From the IMG/VR virus record IMGVR_UViG_3300026549_002477: DNA of 64,000 nt; one strand, 5' to 3'. Made by a program: the position numbers and the translations under genes. Under the pieces are notes generated by a model, which was not told the origin of the DNA, made no database searches, and saw only the letters and a list, made by a program, of their open reading frames with translations. Shown in pieces: positions 9,874 through 19,297 of this stretch. The stretch comes from an uncultured virus (IMG/VR IMGVR_UViG_3300026549_002477) (Duplodnaviria > Heunggongvirae > Uroviricota > Caudoviricetes). Position 1 is the first letter of the stretch, and the number at the start of each line of letters is the position of its first letter.

Positions 9874-11019
9874 ATGAATAAATATGATATACTATATGAA
9901 AATTATGTGATTACAAATTTTAATTATTATGACTGGCATATATTAAACATTGAACCAAATTATAAAAATGAAAAACATTTTCCTTATTTTGATTATACAA
10001 AAGTAACAGAGGATTCTAAATGGAGAACATGGATTAGAAGTCGAATGATTCCAAGTTCAAGAACTGGAGTTGGAATGTTAGCTTTTTCAAATAGTGAGAT
10101 ATCACCAATGAGTCTGATGATAAACAATTATGGTTTATCTCTAAAAGATCATTATTGGATTAGACCTCATAACAGTGACCTATATTGGGATTGTGTAAAC
10201 CCTTGGAAAAATAAATTTTACTGTGAAAACATATCAAGCGTTGATACTTCAAGTAAAGACAGATTCAATCCAAGTTATACTTTAAATGGTGATTTGAAAA
10301 AGAAATGGATTATTGATAACTTTGGAAATCGAAAATTCATAAAGAGTAATATGGATCAATTCAGCTGTATACAGAGTGTTGCTGAAGTGCTAGCAAGTAT
10401 GATTTATGAACGACAGAATACAGTTGAGTTTGTAAAATATGATTTTTATGATGTACTAGATGACGGAGTTAAAGTGACTGGGGTGATTTGTGATAACTTC
10501 CTTGAACCAGATGAAGAGTTTATACCAGCTTGGGATTTATGTACAACACGAAAGAAAAACAATAATGAAAGTTGGTATGACTTATTTGTTAATCGGTGTA
10601 TAGAATCTGGTTTAGATAAAGAACAGGTGTTAAATTACTTAGACACACAGATTTTAGTTGATTACTTGATTGTTAATGTAGATAGGCACTTTAATAATTT
10701 TGGCGTTGTAGTTGAATCTGGTACACACCGAATAAAGAAAGTTGCACCAATATTTGATAGTGGAAATGCTTTGTATTATAACGGATATGCTTATGATAAC
10801 CCAGATGATATGCATACAAGTTCATTTAGAACAAGAGAAAAAGGGTTAGTAGCATTAGTTAATAATTATAAAGCAATTGATTTGGATAAGTTACCAAGTC
10901 CAACTGAAGTGTATGACTTTATAAATAAATATAGAACGGATGCAGATGCTGAAACTGGGTTTATAACTAGACAGTATAGGAAAAGAATAAACTATATTAA
11001 GTCTAAACAAACAAGATAA
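9874..11019 (+). CDS. HipA/CtkA-like serine/threonine kinase
   Basis: GDLKKKW, SVAEVLAS, NVDRHFNNFG and APIFDSG motifs. Confidence 0.8.
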   Translation: MNKYDILYENYVITNFNYYDWHILNIEPNYKNEKHFPYFDYTKVTEDSKWRTWIRSRMIPSSRTGVGMLAFSNSEISPMSLMINNYGLSLKDHYWIRPHNSDLYWDCVNPWKNKFYCENISSVDTSSKDRFNPSYTLNGDLKKKWIIDNFGNRKFIKSNMDQFSCIQSVAEVLASMIYERQNTVEFVKYDFYDVLDDGVKVTGVICDNFLEPDEEFIPAWDLCTTRKKNNNESWYDLFVNRCIESGLDKEQVLNYLDTQILVDYLIVNVDRHFNNFGVVVESGTHRIKKVAPIFDSGNALYYNGYAYDNPDDMHTSSFRTREKGLVALVNNYKAIDLDKLPSPTEVYDFINKYRTDADAETGFITRQYRKRINYIKSKQTR

Positions 11020-11024
11020 AGTTT

Positions 11025-11066
11025 AAAAGAGAACTATTAGGTTAAATGGCTTATTAGTTCTCTTTT
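11025..11066 (+). terminator. Rho-independent terminator
   Basis: AAAAGAGAACTA...TAGTTCTCTTTT. Confidence 0.75.
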
Positions 11067-11414
11067 ATTATACATATAAGTATAATGAAGTATAAATTTA
11101 TTTTTGTGATAATAAACATTTAGAATTAAATTACATACATTGATAAATTTGAGAGATAAACATTGAGTTAAAAATTGAGTATACATTAGGAAAAATTGAT
11201 GATACTCTAAAATATTTTCAACAGTGTTTTAAAATTGGTTAGGTTTTTGGTTAATTTATTAAAAAGTAAAATTTCAAAATAGCCATAGAATATAATTAAG
11301 TGTATTTTAAATTTTCAAATTATATTAGTTAGCAAAATGGGTATTACTAGTTAGCAAATCTAGGTAGACATTGCACTATCGACCAAGTTTTAAAATTTTG
11401 AGGGAAAAAAGAAG

Positions 11415-12278
11415 GTGAAGAAGATGGGTGAGTTCAAAGATAAGATTCCGGATTTTGATTTTCATATTTTGCATGAAGATTTCGAAAAATTAAGAAAACA
11501 AGATTATGATGATGAGAAGGAAAATCCAGATGAATTTAGGTACTGGTTTGATAAAATGTCAAGCATTGGAGATTCTGGGGATATACTTATTCCAAAGACT
11601 GAAGTTATCGAGATTCCGTATGATTTATACAGTTATATGACAAGTGATAGATACAATAAAGACGATACAGATAAGCTTGGTAAGTATTTCTATGACAGAT
11701 TAGGTGAATTAAAGAACAGTAAAGAATTATTTATCAAGACAGGATTGTTCAGTAATAAATTCATGTTTTCATTTCCACACTATAAAGACGGGGATAACTT
11801 TGGTGAGCATATTCTGAACGTATTCTATGGAGCTATGTGCATTGGATGCCCAAAGTCAATTGACATGGTGTTTAGAGAGTTTATTCATACAAAAACAGAT
11901 AGACCAAGTATATACTGTGGGATGAAATTAAATACCGAGTTTAGATTGTTTTATGACTTTGATGAAAGAAGGATATATAACATTGTAAATTATTGGGACA
12001 AGGATACAATGCTGAATAGCTTAAGTGATTCAGAGATAGTTAATCCAAAAACAGGTGAGCTTGAAAAATGCTTTGATAAGACAGTATTTAGTTCTGTAGC
12101 AGATGAAATTGAAAATGATTTTAATAGTTTACAGGGCTTTTTAGCAACTGTCTTTATGAAGAATATAAAAAACGTTAAAGATTTGCATGGAAAATGGTCA
12201 ATTGATTTTTTGTACGATGGAGAAAGGTTCTGGTTCATAGACATGGCAACTGCTGAGCATAGTTATTATAATGAATAA
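11415..12278 (+). CDS. ATP-grasp fold protein (R2K/Cdc123-like clade suspected)
   Basis: LFIK..., FREFI, TEFRLFY and WSIDF...FWFIDM follow the order of ATP-grasp motifs. Confidence 0.5.
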   Translation: MKKMGEFKDKIPDFDFHILHEDFEKLRKQDYDDEKENPDEFRYWFDKMSSIGDSGDILIPKTEVIEIPYDLYSYMTSDRYNKDDTDKLGKYFYDRLGELKNSKELFIKTGLFSNKFMFSFPHYKDGDNFGEHILNVFYGAMCIGCPKSIDMVFREFIHTKTDRPSIYCGMKLNTEFRLFYDFDERRIYNIVNYWDKDTMLNSLSDSEIVNPKTGELEKCFDKTVFSSVADEIENDFNSLQGFLATVFMKNIKNVKDLHGKWSIDFLYDGERFWFIDMATAEHSYYNE

Positions 12279-12362
12279 AGGTATAAGCCACAAGGTTTGT
12301 GTAGTATCATAAATAATAGCATAAAATTGTAAGGTGTAATAATTTAATTCTAAGATAGGAGC

Positions 12363-12659
12363 TTGAAGTTGGTGGAGGAGAGTGCTATGAGAGACAATAC
12401 TGTTAAGATGTCACTTATAGATCAAGTAATATCAGAGAGTAGAAGATCAACTTGGCATGTTAAGCTGGGGAGCAATGATTTAACAAGCAACGTACATGAC
12501 TGCGGAGTATTTCTCAGGAAAGGAAAGTTTTATTATTATGCAAATACTACATGGTGTAATGTACTGGTTGCTTATGAATCAGAAGATGCTGCACTGACAA
12601 AGCTGCTGAATTTCTTAATTTATGAAAGAGAGAATAAGGTTATTTATGGAGAACTATAA
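12363..12659 (+). CDS. Hypothetical protein
   Basis: ORF; GGAGG upstream of an internal ATG. Confidence 0.5.
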   Translation: MKLVEESAMRDNTVKMSLIDQVISESRRSTWHVKLGSNDLTSNVHDCGVFLRKGKFYYYANTTWCNVLVAYESEDAALTKLLNFLIYERENKVIYGEL

Positions 12660-13416
12660 TAATTGGGAAGAGCGTGCAAGAATTGCCGTTGAACATACTA
12701 ATCAGATGGATAAAAACTATACTGACGAAATTAATAAGTGCCTTGGTCGATCAATGATCTATAATAGAGATATGAATAACATTCCAGTTAACATTGGATT
12801 TGATAAGACACCGGAATATATCGTTGATGATATTGACAGCGTTGGTGCTATTTTTAAATACCAAGAAGAAGGAAAGAGAATTGCAGTATTAAACTTTGCT
12901 AGCTATAGAAATCCTGGTGGGAAGTTTATTCAGGGAAGTAAGGCACAAGAAGAATGTCTTTGTCATGAGTCATTTTTATACAATATATTAAGAGCCCAGA
13001 CAAATTATTACAACTGGAATTTAATGCATATGAACAATGGATTGTATATGAATAGGGCATTATATACACCAGACATTAGGTTTTTCAGAGATAACAAGTC
13101 AGTTCTTTGTGATGTCATTACTTGTGCTTCACCCAATAGAAGAAGAGGCAATAACTTTGGTAGGTTTACAAATGAAGAAAATGCAAAAGCACTTGCAAGC
13201 AGAATTTCATTCATTTGTGATATTGCTTCTACAAGAAGAGTTGACATTGCAATCTTTGGTGCATTTGGTTGCGGTGTGTTTGAACAAGATCCAAATGAAG
13301 TAGCACTGAATTTTAAGAGATACCTTGATAATAGGTCATATATGCAGAAGGTTGTGTTTGCGGTACCAGCTGGAAGAAACAAAAAGAATTATTTATGCTT
13401 TAAGAATGTATTTTGA
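12646..13416 (+). CDS. TIGR02452/DUF2263 bacterial PARG-type macrodomain (ADP-ribose glycohydrolase)
   Basis: VLNFAS.RNPGG.F..GSKAQEECLC and GAFGCGVF motifs. Confidence 0.88.
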   Translation: MENYNNWEERARIAVEHTNQMDKNYTDEINKCLGRSMIYNRDMNNIPVNIGFDKTPEYIVDDIDSVGAIFKYQEEGKRIAVLNFASYRNPGGKFIQGSKAQEECLCHESFLYNILRAQTNYYNWNLMHMNNGLYMNRALYTPDIRFFRDNKSVLCDVITCASPNRRRGNNFGRFTNEENAKALASRISFICDIASTRRVDIAIFGAFGCGVFEQDPNEVALNFKRYLDNRSYMQKVVFAVPAGRNKKNYLCFKNVF

Positions 13417-13469
13417 AAGAAAAGCAACAATGCTGGAATAGCATATACATTAGATAGACTGTTAAAGAT

Positions 13470-14255
13470 ATGAGAAAAGTTTTAAAAAATATAACTCTTA
13501 TAATACTAGTTGGTATAATTATATACTGCTTATTTAATATAGTTTCAACTTTGAATGATAGAGCACAAGCTAAAAATCAGTATGCTAGCTTAGTAGATAA
13601 ATATGTAAAAACTGAAGACAATGTTGAAAGCACAAATAATGACAAAAGTGACTCTGGAAACAATAAAGATGACTTGATAAGCTTGGACATTCAAGGGTTG
13701 GAGGATGTAAATAAAGATTTTGTAGCTTGGATATATTTTGATGATGGCAAGTTAAATTATCCAATAGTACAAGAGCAAAACGATGAACTTAATAAGTATT
13801 TAGATACTGCTTTTGAGGGCAACCATAACTCACATGGTTGTCTTTTTATAAGCAATAATTCAGATGTTGATGCATCAAATTTGTTTGTTTATGGGCATAA
13901 CATGAAAGATGGAACTATGATGGGTAGCTTAAAATACTTATATAATGATCCATCAGGCTTTAAAGATAAGAATTTTTGCTTATATTTTAAAGATGGTTCT
14001 GTTAAGAAATATACTGTGTTTGCCTTGTATGTCGTTGATAAAGACAGTAGTATGTATACTTTTAGGAGCAATGAGTATATGGAATATGTTAATTCAGCAA
14101 TACAAAAAGGCGGTTTGAACAATAAAGATTCTGGAGATGTTCAAGATGCATTTAAGAATAACAGTCAGATTGTTACTTTATCTACTTGTTATGGAAGTGC
14201 TGGTACTAGATATAGACTTTTGGTGCACGGTGTTGAAACAGAAAAATTAAAGTAG
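13470..14255 (+). CDS. srtB: Class B sortase
   Basis: N-terminal TM segment; LNYPIVQ, YGHNMKDGTM and TLSTC...R motifs. Confidence 0.88.
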   Translation: MRKVLKNITLIILVGIIIYCLFNIVSTLNDRAQAKNQYASLVDKYVKTEDNVESTNNDKSDSGNNKDDLISLDIQGLEDVNKDFVAWIYFDDGKLNYPIVQEQNDELNKYLDTAFEGNHNSHGCLFISNNSDVDASNLFVYGHNMKDGTMMGSLKYLYNDPSGFKDKNFCLYFKDGSVKKYTVFALYVVDKDSSMYTFRSNEYMEYVNSAIQKGGLNNKDSGDVQDAFKNNSQIVTLSTCYGSAGTRYRLLVHGVETEKLK

Positions 14256-14272
14256 ATACATTCAAAATAACA

Positions 14273-14301
14273 TTGAAATTTATTAAAGAAAATGTTAAAA
14301 T
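14273..14301 (+). promoter_or_regulatory. Sigma-A promoter with extended -10
   Basis: TTGAAA-17 nt-TAAAAT with TGn. Confidence 0.55.
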
Positions 14302-14333
14302 TTAAATTTATTTTTTAATCTGGAGGACAGGAT

Positions 14334-14726
14334 ATGCTGGCTGAGATATTTGGGGTTGATGGTGAAATTATCAACCCATCAAATGAATTTAGGGAAGGAG
14401 AGGTGTATTTAGTTAACCTTAGCCATACTAGTTCTAAGAACAATAGTATCAAAGTGAATTTATCAGATGCCCTAAATACTTTAGCAACAAGAGATGAGAT
14501 ATTTGTAATCAATATGTGTTTAGATGTAACTACAAATATGCTCGAGGTGTTTGGATTAAAAAATGATAAAAAGCTTAGCGAAGTTAACATTAAGACCTGT
14601 CCAAAAAGAGTGTGGATACCATTTAATGACCTTGTAAGCAAAGAAAATGCTAGTAAACTTATAGAAAAGTATTATATAAACAGAAAGAAATATATGAAAT
14701 TTGCCAGAGAGCATTATTTAGGATAG
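14334..14726 (+). CDS. Hypothetical protein
   Basis: GGAGG RBS; ORF. Confidence 0.6.
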   Translation: MLAEIFGVDGEIINPSNEFREGEVYLVNLSHTSSKNNSIKVNLSDALNTLATRDEIFVINMCLDVTTNMLEVFGLKNDKKLSEVNIKTCPKRVWIPFNDLVSKENASKLIEKYYINRKKYMKFAREHYLG

Positions 14727-14754
14727 AGCATTTAATTAAATTAAGATTAACAAT

Positions 14755-15189
14755 GTGAGGATTAAAATGAACTTAGAATGCATAATGTCATCAACTTATA
14801 TAACGCACATTGCAATGGTGTTTGTGTATGTTAGCTTGGCAATATCTATTATACTGATGCATTATTTAAAAGACAAAGGTGGCTGGAAGAACATATTGTT
14901 AAGTTTATTACTTCCACTTGATATATTTTTTGGTACATTTTGTGCATTTTTAGGAAGCAGTATAATGACACAAACAATCACATATGCAGTATGTGCTGTT
15001 TGTATGATTTTAGCCACATTAGTTATAGTTTATGGAATGTATAAGAAGAGTACTACAACAATAAGTTTGGCAGCTATAAGCTTTGAATTTTCCTATATAG
15101 CTATTAGACTATTTGGTGGGTTTGTGGCTGAAGTACTTTGTATGTATATGATAATCATTGCATTTGTTCATGCAAGAAGGAGGGTTTAA
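14755..15189 (+). CDS. Small polytopic membrane protein
   Basis: 4-5 hydrophobic segments. Confidence 0.6.
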   Translation: MRIKMNLECIMSSTYITHIAMVFVYVSLAISIILMHYLKDKGGWKNILLSLLLPLDIFFGTFCAFLGSSIMTQTITYAVCAVCMILATLVIVYGMYKKSTTTISLAAISFEFSYIAIRLFGGFVAEVLCMYMIIIAFVHARRRV

Positions 15190-15190
15190 A

Positions 15191-15625
15191 GTGGAACCTT
15201 CAATTAATGAGTCTTACATAACAGATAAAGAAATTGTATTAAAATTATTTAATCCTGACGGAACGACTTATGATAAAACTTATCAAATTAGGGATATAGA
15301 CTTCTTTGGAAAAATGGTACATGTTCCAGTTGTTTGGGCATCAAAGCCAATATATTATGATGAAATTCATGTACATAAATACTTTGCATTTAGAAGTAGT
15401 ATAACAGAAATACTTGAGAATTACAAAGATATAAAAGATGAACTATATCCAAAATATATTTACGTTCAAAGTGAAATAGACTGTGGAGAAATACTTCCAG
15501 ATGATTTTAGAGAGCCAAAAGGTGTAGCTCTTGTTTGTGGAAATAAGAGAACTGGCGAAGAATTGATAATATTATCAATAGATGGATACATAGAAGAGTA
15601 TCATAACATATTAGATACAGTATAA
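15191..15625 (+). CDS. Hypothetical protein
   Basis: AGGAGG then GTG at 15191, coupled to the upstream stop. Confidence 0.55.
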   Translation: MEPSINESYITDKEIVLKLFNPDGTTYDKTYQIRDIDFFGKMVHVPVVWASKPIYYDEIHVHKYFAFRSSITEILENYKDIKDELYPKYIYVQSEIDCGEILPDDFREPKGVALVCGNKRTGEELIILSIDGYIEEYHNILDTV

Positions 15626-15640
15626 TCATAGAGGTGCATT

Positions 15641-17305
15641 TTGAATAATTCAGAATTAGACAATCTGATTAAAAATAAATGGAAAACAGATAAAGTTTGG
15701 GAAGAAAGTTTTTCAGAAGATTATAGACCAGGTTATTGCATATTTAATAATACAGCATATGCTCTGGATTTATTATATAAGCATGTTAAAAACAATAGCA
15801 AGATGTGTTTTCATACTGATGTAGATGTTGATGGAATTGGAACAACATATATTTTTAAGAAAACACTTGAAAAGATAGGGTCTAATAATCATCTATTGTT
15901 AATAAACAGGGATAAGGTTCATGGTATCCAGCAGAAGCATGCAGATTACTTTAAGCAAAAACCAATAGACCTAATGATCATTACTGATAGTAGCAGTAAC
16001 GAGATAGATATAATAAAGCAGTTTAATTGTGACGTCCTATGCATTGACCATCATGACTTGTTGCACAGAGATTTACTTGGTTATTGTAATGATGGCATAC
16101 ATAGGTATGTTATTGTAAATAATACTATTGATAATTATGCCTTTGATTTTGATAAGAGATGGCTTATGACAAAGAAGCCAGGGATTTTTGATAATGTTGA
16201 ACCATACAAAGGCACTTCAGCAATGTCATGTGGTTTAGTTGTTTATGAACTATTAAGAATCTTTTGTGACATATATGGGTATACACATCTACTAGAAAAT
16301 ATGAAGTTATACCAGTGGGTTGGTGTGACACTCATATCAGATGTAATAGATACTTTAAATGACAGAAATCAGTGGTATTTAGATAAAACGGTATTTAGTT
16401 ATGAAGTAGAACCTACACTTGATTGTATAATGCATAAGATAAATAAGTATATTAGTAAATTAAGTGTAAGTTACATAGGATACACATTTGCACCATTAGT
16501 AAATAAAGCTATTCGTGCAAATGCTGGAGCTGAAGCTTTGACTGACATTATTTATTATCCAGATAGGATTCTTGATCTTAAGAAGTATGATGAAAATCAG
16601 AAGGATGCAGTTGACAGAGCAATAAATATTGAAATTGTTCATAATGGTGTAAAAACTACTGGGAAAAGAGATTTTAGTAACAGTAGTATTGAGTTAGACA
16701 TAACAAGCCTTGGTATAAATCCTAATTACACTGGAGTTATAGCAAGTCATGTAGGTGGTGATAATAACAAAGCAGCTGCAGTATATTATATAGATCAAGA
16801 AGGTTTATGCAAAGGATCATTTAGAGGTCAAGATAAAAATTTTGATTACAGAGGATACTTTGAAAAATTTGATCCAAGCATTTATGCTCAAGGACACAGT
16901 TTAGCCTTTGGGTTTAGATTGAAAAAAGATTTACTTGATCAAATTATGAAGAATATACCAGAACTTGAGAATAAGAATAAAAATACTTATGATATTGCTC
17001 TTGGACAATGTAAAAATGGAATAATACATATAGGCCAAGAAGACTGGGATAACTTCAGAAGACAAGGATATTTGATGAGGATATCTGTTGGAAATAGTAA
17101 GGTACAAACCAATGATCAAATACTGTTTAGAGTATCAAACAGAGATATTGATTTAAAGACTGCACATGGAAAATTACTTATATACAATGTGTTTGGAGGT
17201 ATTGACAATGGAGGTTTCGAATGTAAAGCCTTTAAACCAGTAACTGATTCTGAAGTTAATGTGTTGTCAACAGTTGATAATGGAATAGAAATGTTCATTC
17301 ATTAG
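15641..17305 (+). CDS. recJ: RecJ-like DHH-family ssDNA exonuclease
   Basis: HTDVDVDG, IITD, CIDHH, SDV, GSFRG and GHSLAFG motifs (DHH + DHHA1). Confidence 0.82.
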   Translation: MNNSELDNLIKNKWKTDKVWEESFSEDYRPGYCIFNNTAYALDLLYKHVKNNSKMCFHTDVDVDGIGTTYIFKKTLEKIGSNNHLLLINRDKVHGIQQKHADYFKQKPIDLMIITDSSSNEIDIIKQFNCDVLCIDHHDLLHRDLLGYCNDGIHRYVIVNNTIDNYAFDFDKRWLMTKKPGIFDNVEPYKGTSAMSCGLVVYELLRIFCDIYGYTHLLENMKLYQWVGVTLISDVIDTLNDRNQWYLDKTVFSYEVEPTLDCIMHKINKYISKLSVSYIGYTFAPLVNKAIRANAGAEALTDIIYYPDRILDLKKYDENQKDAVDRAINIEIVHNGVKTTGKRDFSNSSIELDITSLGINPNYTGVIASHVGGDNNKAAAVYYIDQEGLCKGSFRGQDKNFDYRGYFEKFDPSIYAQGHSLAFGFRLKKDLLDQIMKNIPELENKNKNTYDIALGQCKNGIIHIGQEDWDNFRRQGYLMRISVGNSKVQTNDQILFRVSNRDIDLKTAHGKLLIYNVFGGIDNGGFECKAFKPVTDSEVNVLSTVDNGIEMFIH

Positions 17306-17478
17306 ATTCGACTTAAAATATAACTCTTAATAAATAATAAATAAATTTTTAAATCAATTGTTTTTAAGAATAAAATTATGAGCATGTAAAATAATAAATT
17401 TAAGTAAACATTATGATTGCTAGAAAAACAGAAAGGAGTAAAGTTAGTACTTTGTGAGTATTAACTGAAACAAAGAGC

Positions 17479-18339
17479 ATGAGAATAGGAAACAATGGTA
17501 AAAAGCGGGTAGCTTCAAATCCTGCAGCTAATAAGAACACAAAGAGTGGGCTTGTTGTGCTTGTTGCAGTTGTTATGGTACTGCTTGTGGTATGGGTTTA
17601 CTTGCTTGGAAGAAAGGCTGAGAGCACAACAACGGTTTATATGTGGAACCAAGAGGTTTACAAAAATGCCCAGATTACAGAGGATATGCTTGAGCCATAT
17701 GATATGATTACTGCTGAGTATGAAAAGTATGCAGTAAAGGATTCTGATGGGCATCTAGAAAATAGAATTTTAACTCCTGATGATAAGGATTATATCATTG
17801 GAAAATATGCAGCATATCCACTTCATCAGGATACAATTGCAATGACTACAGATCTTGTAAAAGATAGAACTAACAACAGCGATAGTGTTCTGTATAGTTA
17901 TCCTGGGAAAGACATTGTAAGTCTTGACATTGGTACTGAAGTTCTTCAGACATTTAAGACAATGTTGCAGCCAGGTGATAAGATTAATATCATTGCAATT
18001 TATTCAGAAACTGCTAAAGATTCACAAGCAGAAGAAAGTGGAGGCTCTTCTGATAATACTACTGCAGAGTTAACAAGATCAGAGGTTGCATTTAAAGGCA
18101 TTCCATTTGCTGACCTTCTTAATAGTAATGGTGAGTCTATTCTTGATATTTATGCTGATTATGATTATCAGTCAACATGGATTGAACAACAGTATGAAAA
18201 TGATGATGAGTTTAAGCAGAGAGTTACACCTTCTACAATCTTGGTAGCTTTTACACCTGAAGAGGAAGCTCGTTATTATGATTACCTTTCAAAAGGTGAT
18301 GTTACATTTGAAGTTTCAGTTCCTCAGAGAGAGCAGTAA
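17479..18339 (+). CDS. CpaB/RcpC-like (SAF domain) Flp pilus assembly protein
   Basis: Single TM; I.EDML...IIGKYA SAF-like segment; LQPGDKINII; first gene of a tad-like operon. Confidence 0.65.
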   Translation: MRIGNNGKKRVASNPAANKNTKSGLVVLVAVVMVLLVVWVYLLGRKAESTTTVYMWNQEVYKNAQITEDMLEPYDMITAEYEKYAVKDSDGHLENRILTPDDKDYIIGKYAAYPLHQDTIAMTTDLVKDRTNNSDSVLYSYPGKDIVSLDIGTEVLQTFKTMLQPGDKINIIAIYSETAKDSQAEESGGSSDNTTAELTRSEVAFKGIPFADLLNSNGESILDIYADYDYQSTWIEQQYENDDEFKQRVTPSTILVAFTPEEEARYYDYLSKGDVTFEVSVPQREQ

Positions 18340-18371
18340 TAAAATCATTTAAAATTAAGAGGTATACTTAG

Positions 18372-19289
18372 ATGAGTTTATTTAAGAAAACTGTAAATAA
18401 TGAAATCAAAAAGATGGAACGCGGTGAGTCCATCATAAGCAGAAAAGATGATGATGCTGCTCGTGCTGCTGATGTTATAAAGCAATTATCTGGTGCTGAT
18501 AAGCAGATCAATAGGAAGTTAATTGATAACTTTATAGTTTTTACAAATGCAGCAGGTGGCACTGGAACAACTACTCTTATTACAAATGTTGCCTATGTAA
18601 TGGCAACACAAGGGTTTAAAGTATTATTAATTGATCTTAACATAATGTTTCCTGCTATTCATGCTTATTTTGGGATTGAGCAGAGTATAGATAAAAATAA
18701 ACCGGATCTAGTATCTTATTTACTTGGAAAATCTAAATTAAATGAGTCAATAGACACTACTCATGAAGTACATCTGTTGTATGCTAATAATCGTAATATA
18801 ATGGATGAAATAAACTGTAATGAAAATATTGCACTTGATAACTTTAATCAGTTAATTACTGGAGTTAGAAAGTACTATGATGTTGTTCTTGTTGACTGTC
18901 CAATGAGAATAGATTGCAGATTACAGAATAATACATTCTATAATGCAGATGCTGTGTACCTGGTTTGGGATGAGGGTGTTAATTGTATACTCAATACTGA
19001 AAAAATTAGAAGAAACATGGCAATTACAGGCATCGGCTTATTTACTAAAATGCAGGTAATTCTTAATAAGAGAACTGGCATATTCTATTCAAAATTTGCT
19101 CTTGAAAAATTAAATCTTAACCTTACAGAAATAGTTCCATACGAACAGGATGTTGTGTATGACTCACTTAGGGGTGCTATTTTCTGCAAAAATGGTGAAA
19201 GCAATTCTCCAACATCGAAGTTGTTTGTTGAGAGAATATACAGTTTGACTGATAAAATACTTAAGACTGGCGGATACATCGAGGAGTAA
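18372..19289 (+). CDS. MinD/ParA-family (CpaE/TadZ-like) ATPase
   Basis: Deviant Walker A AAGGTGTTT, KVLLIDLN, YDVVLVDCP and ILNK. Confidence 0.8.
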   Translation: MSLFKKTVNNEIKKMERGESIISRKDDDAARAADVIKQLSGADKQINRKLIDNFIVFTNAAGGTGTTTLITNVAYVMATQGFKVLLIDLNIMFPAIHAYFGIEQSIDKNKPDLVSYLLGKSKLNESIDTTHEVHLLYANNRNIMDEINCNENIALDNFNQLITGVRKYYDVVLVDCPMRIDCRLQNNTFYNADAVYLVWDEGVNCILNTEKIRRNMAITGIGLFTKMQVILNKRTGIFYSKFALEKLNLNLTEIVPYEQDVVYDSLRGAIFCKNGESNSPTSKLFVERIYSLTDKILKTGGYIEE

Positions 19290-19297
19290 TTGTTATA

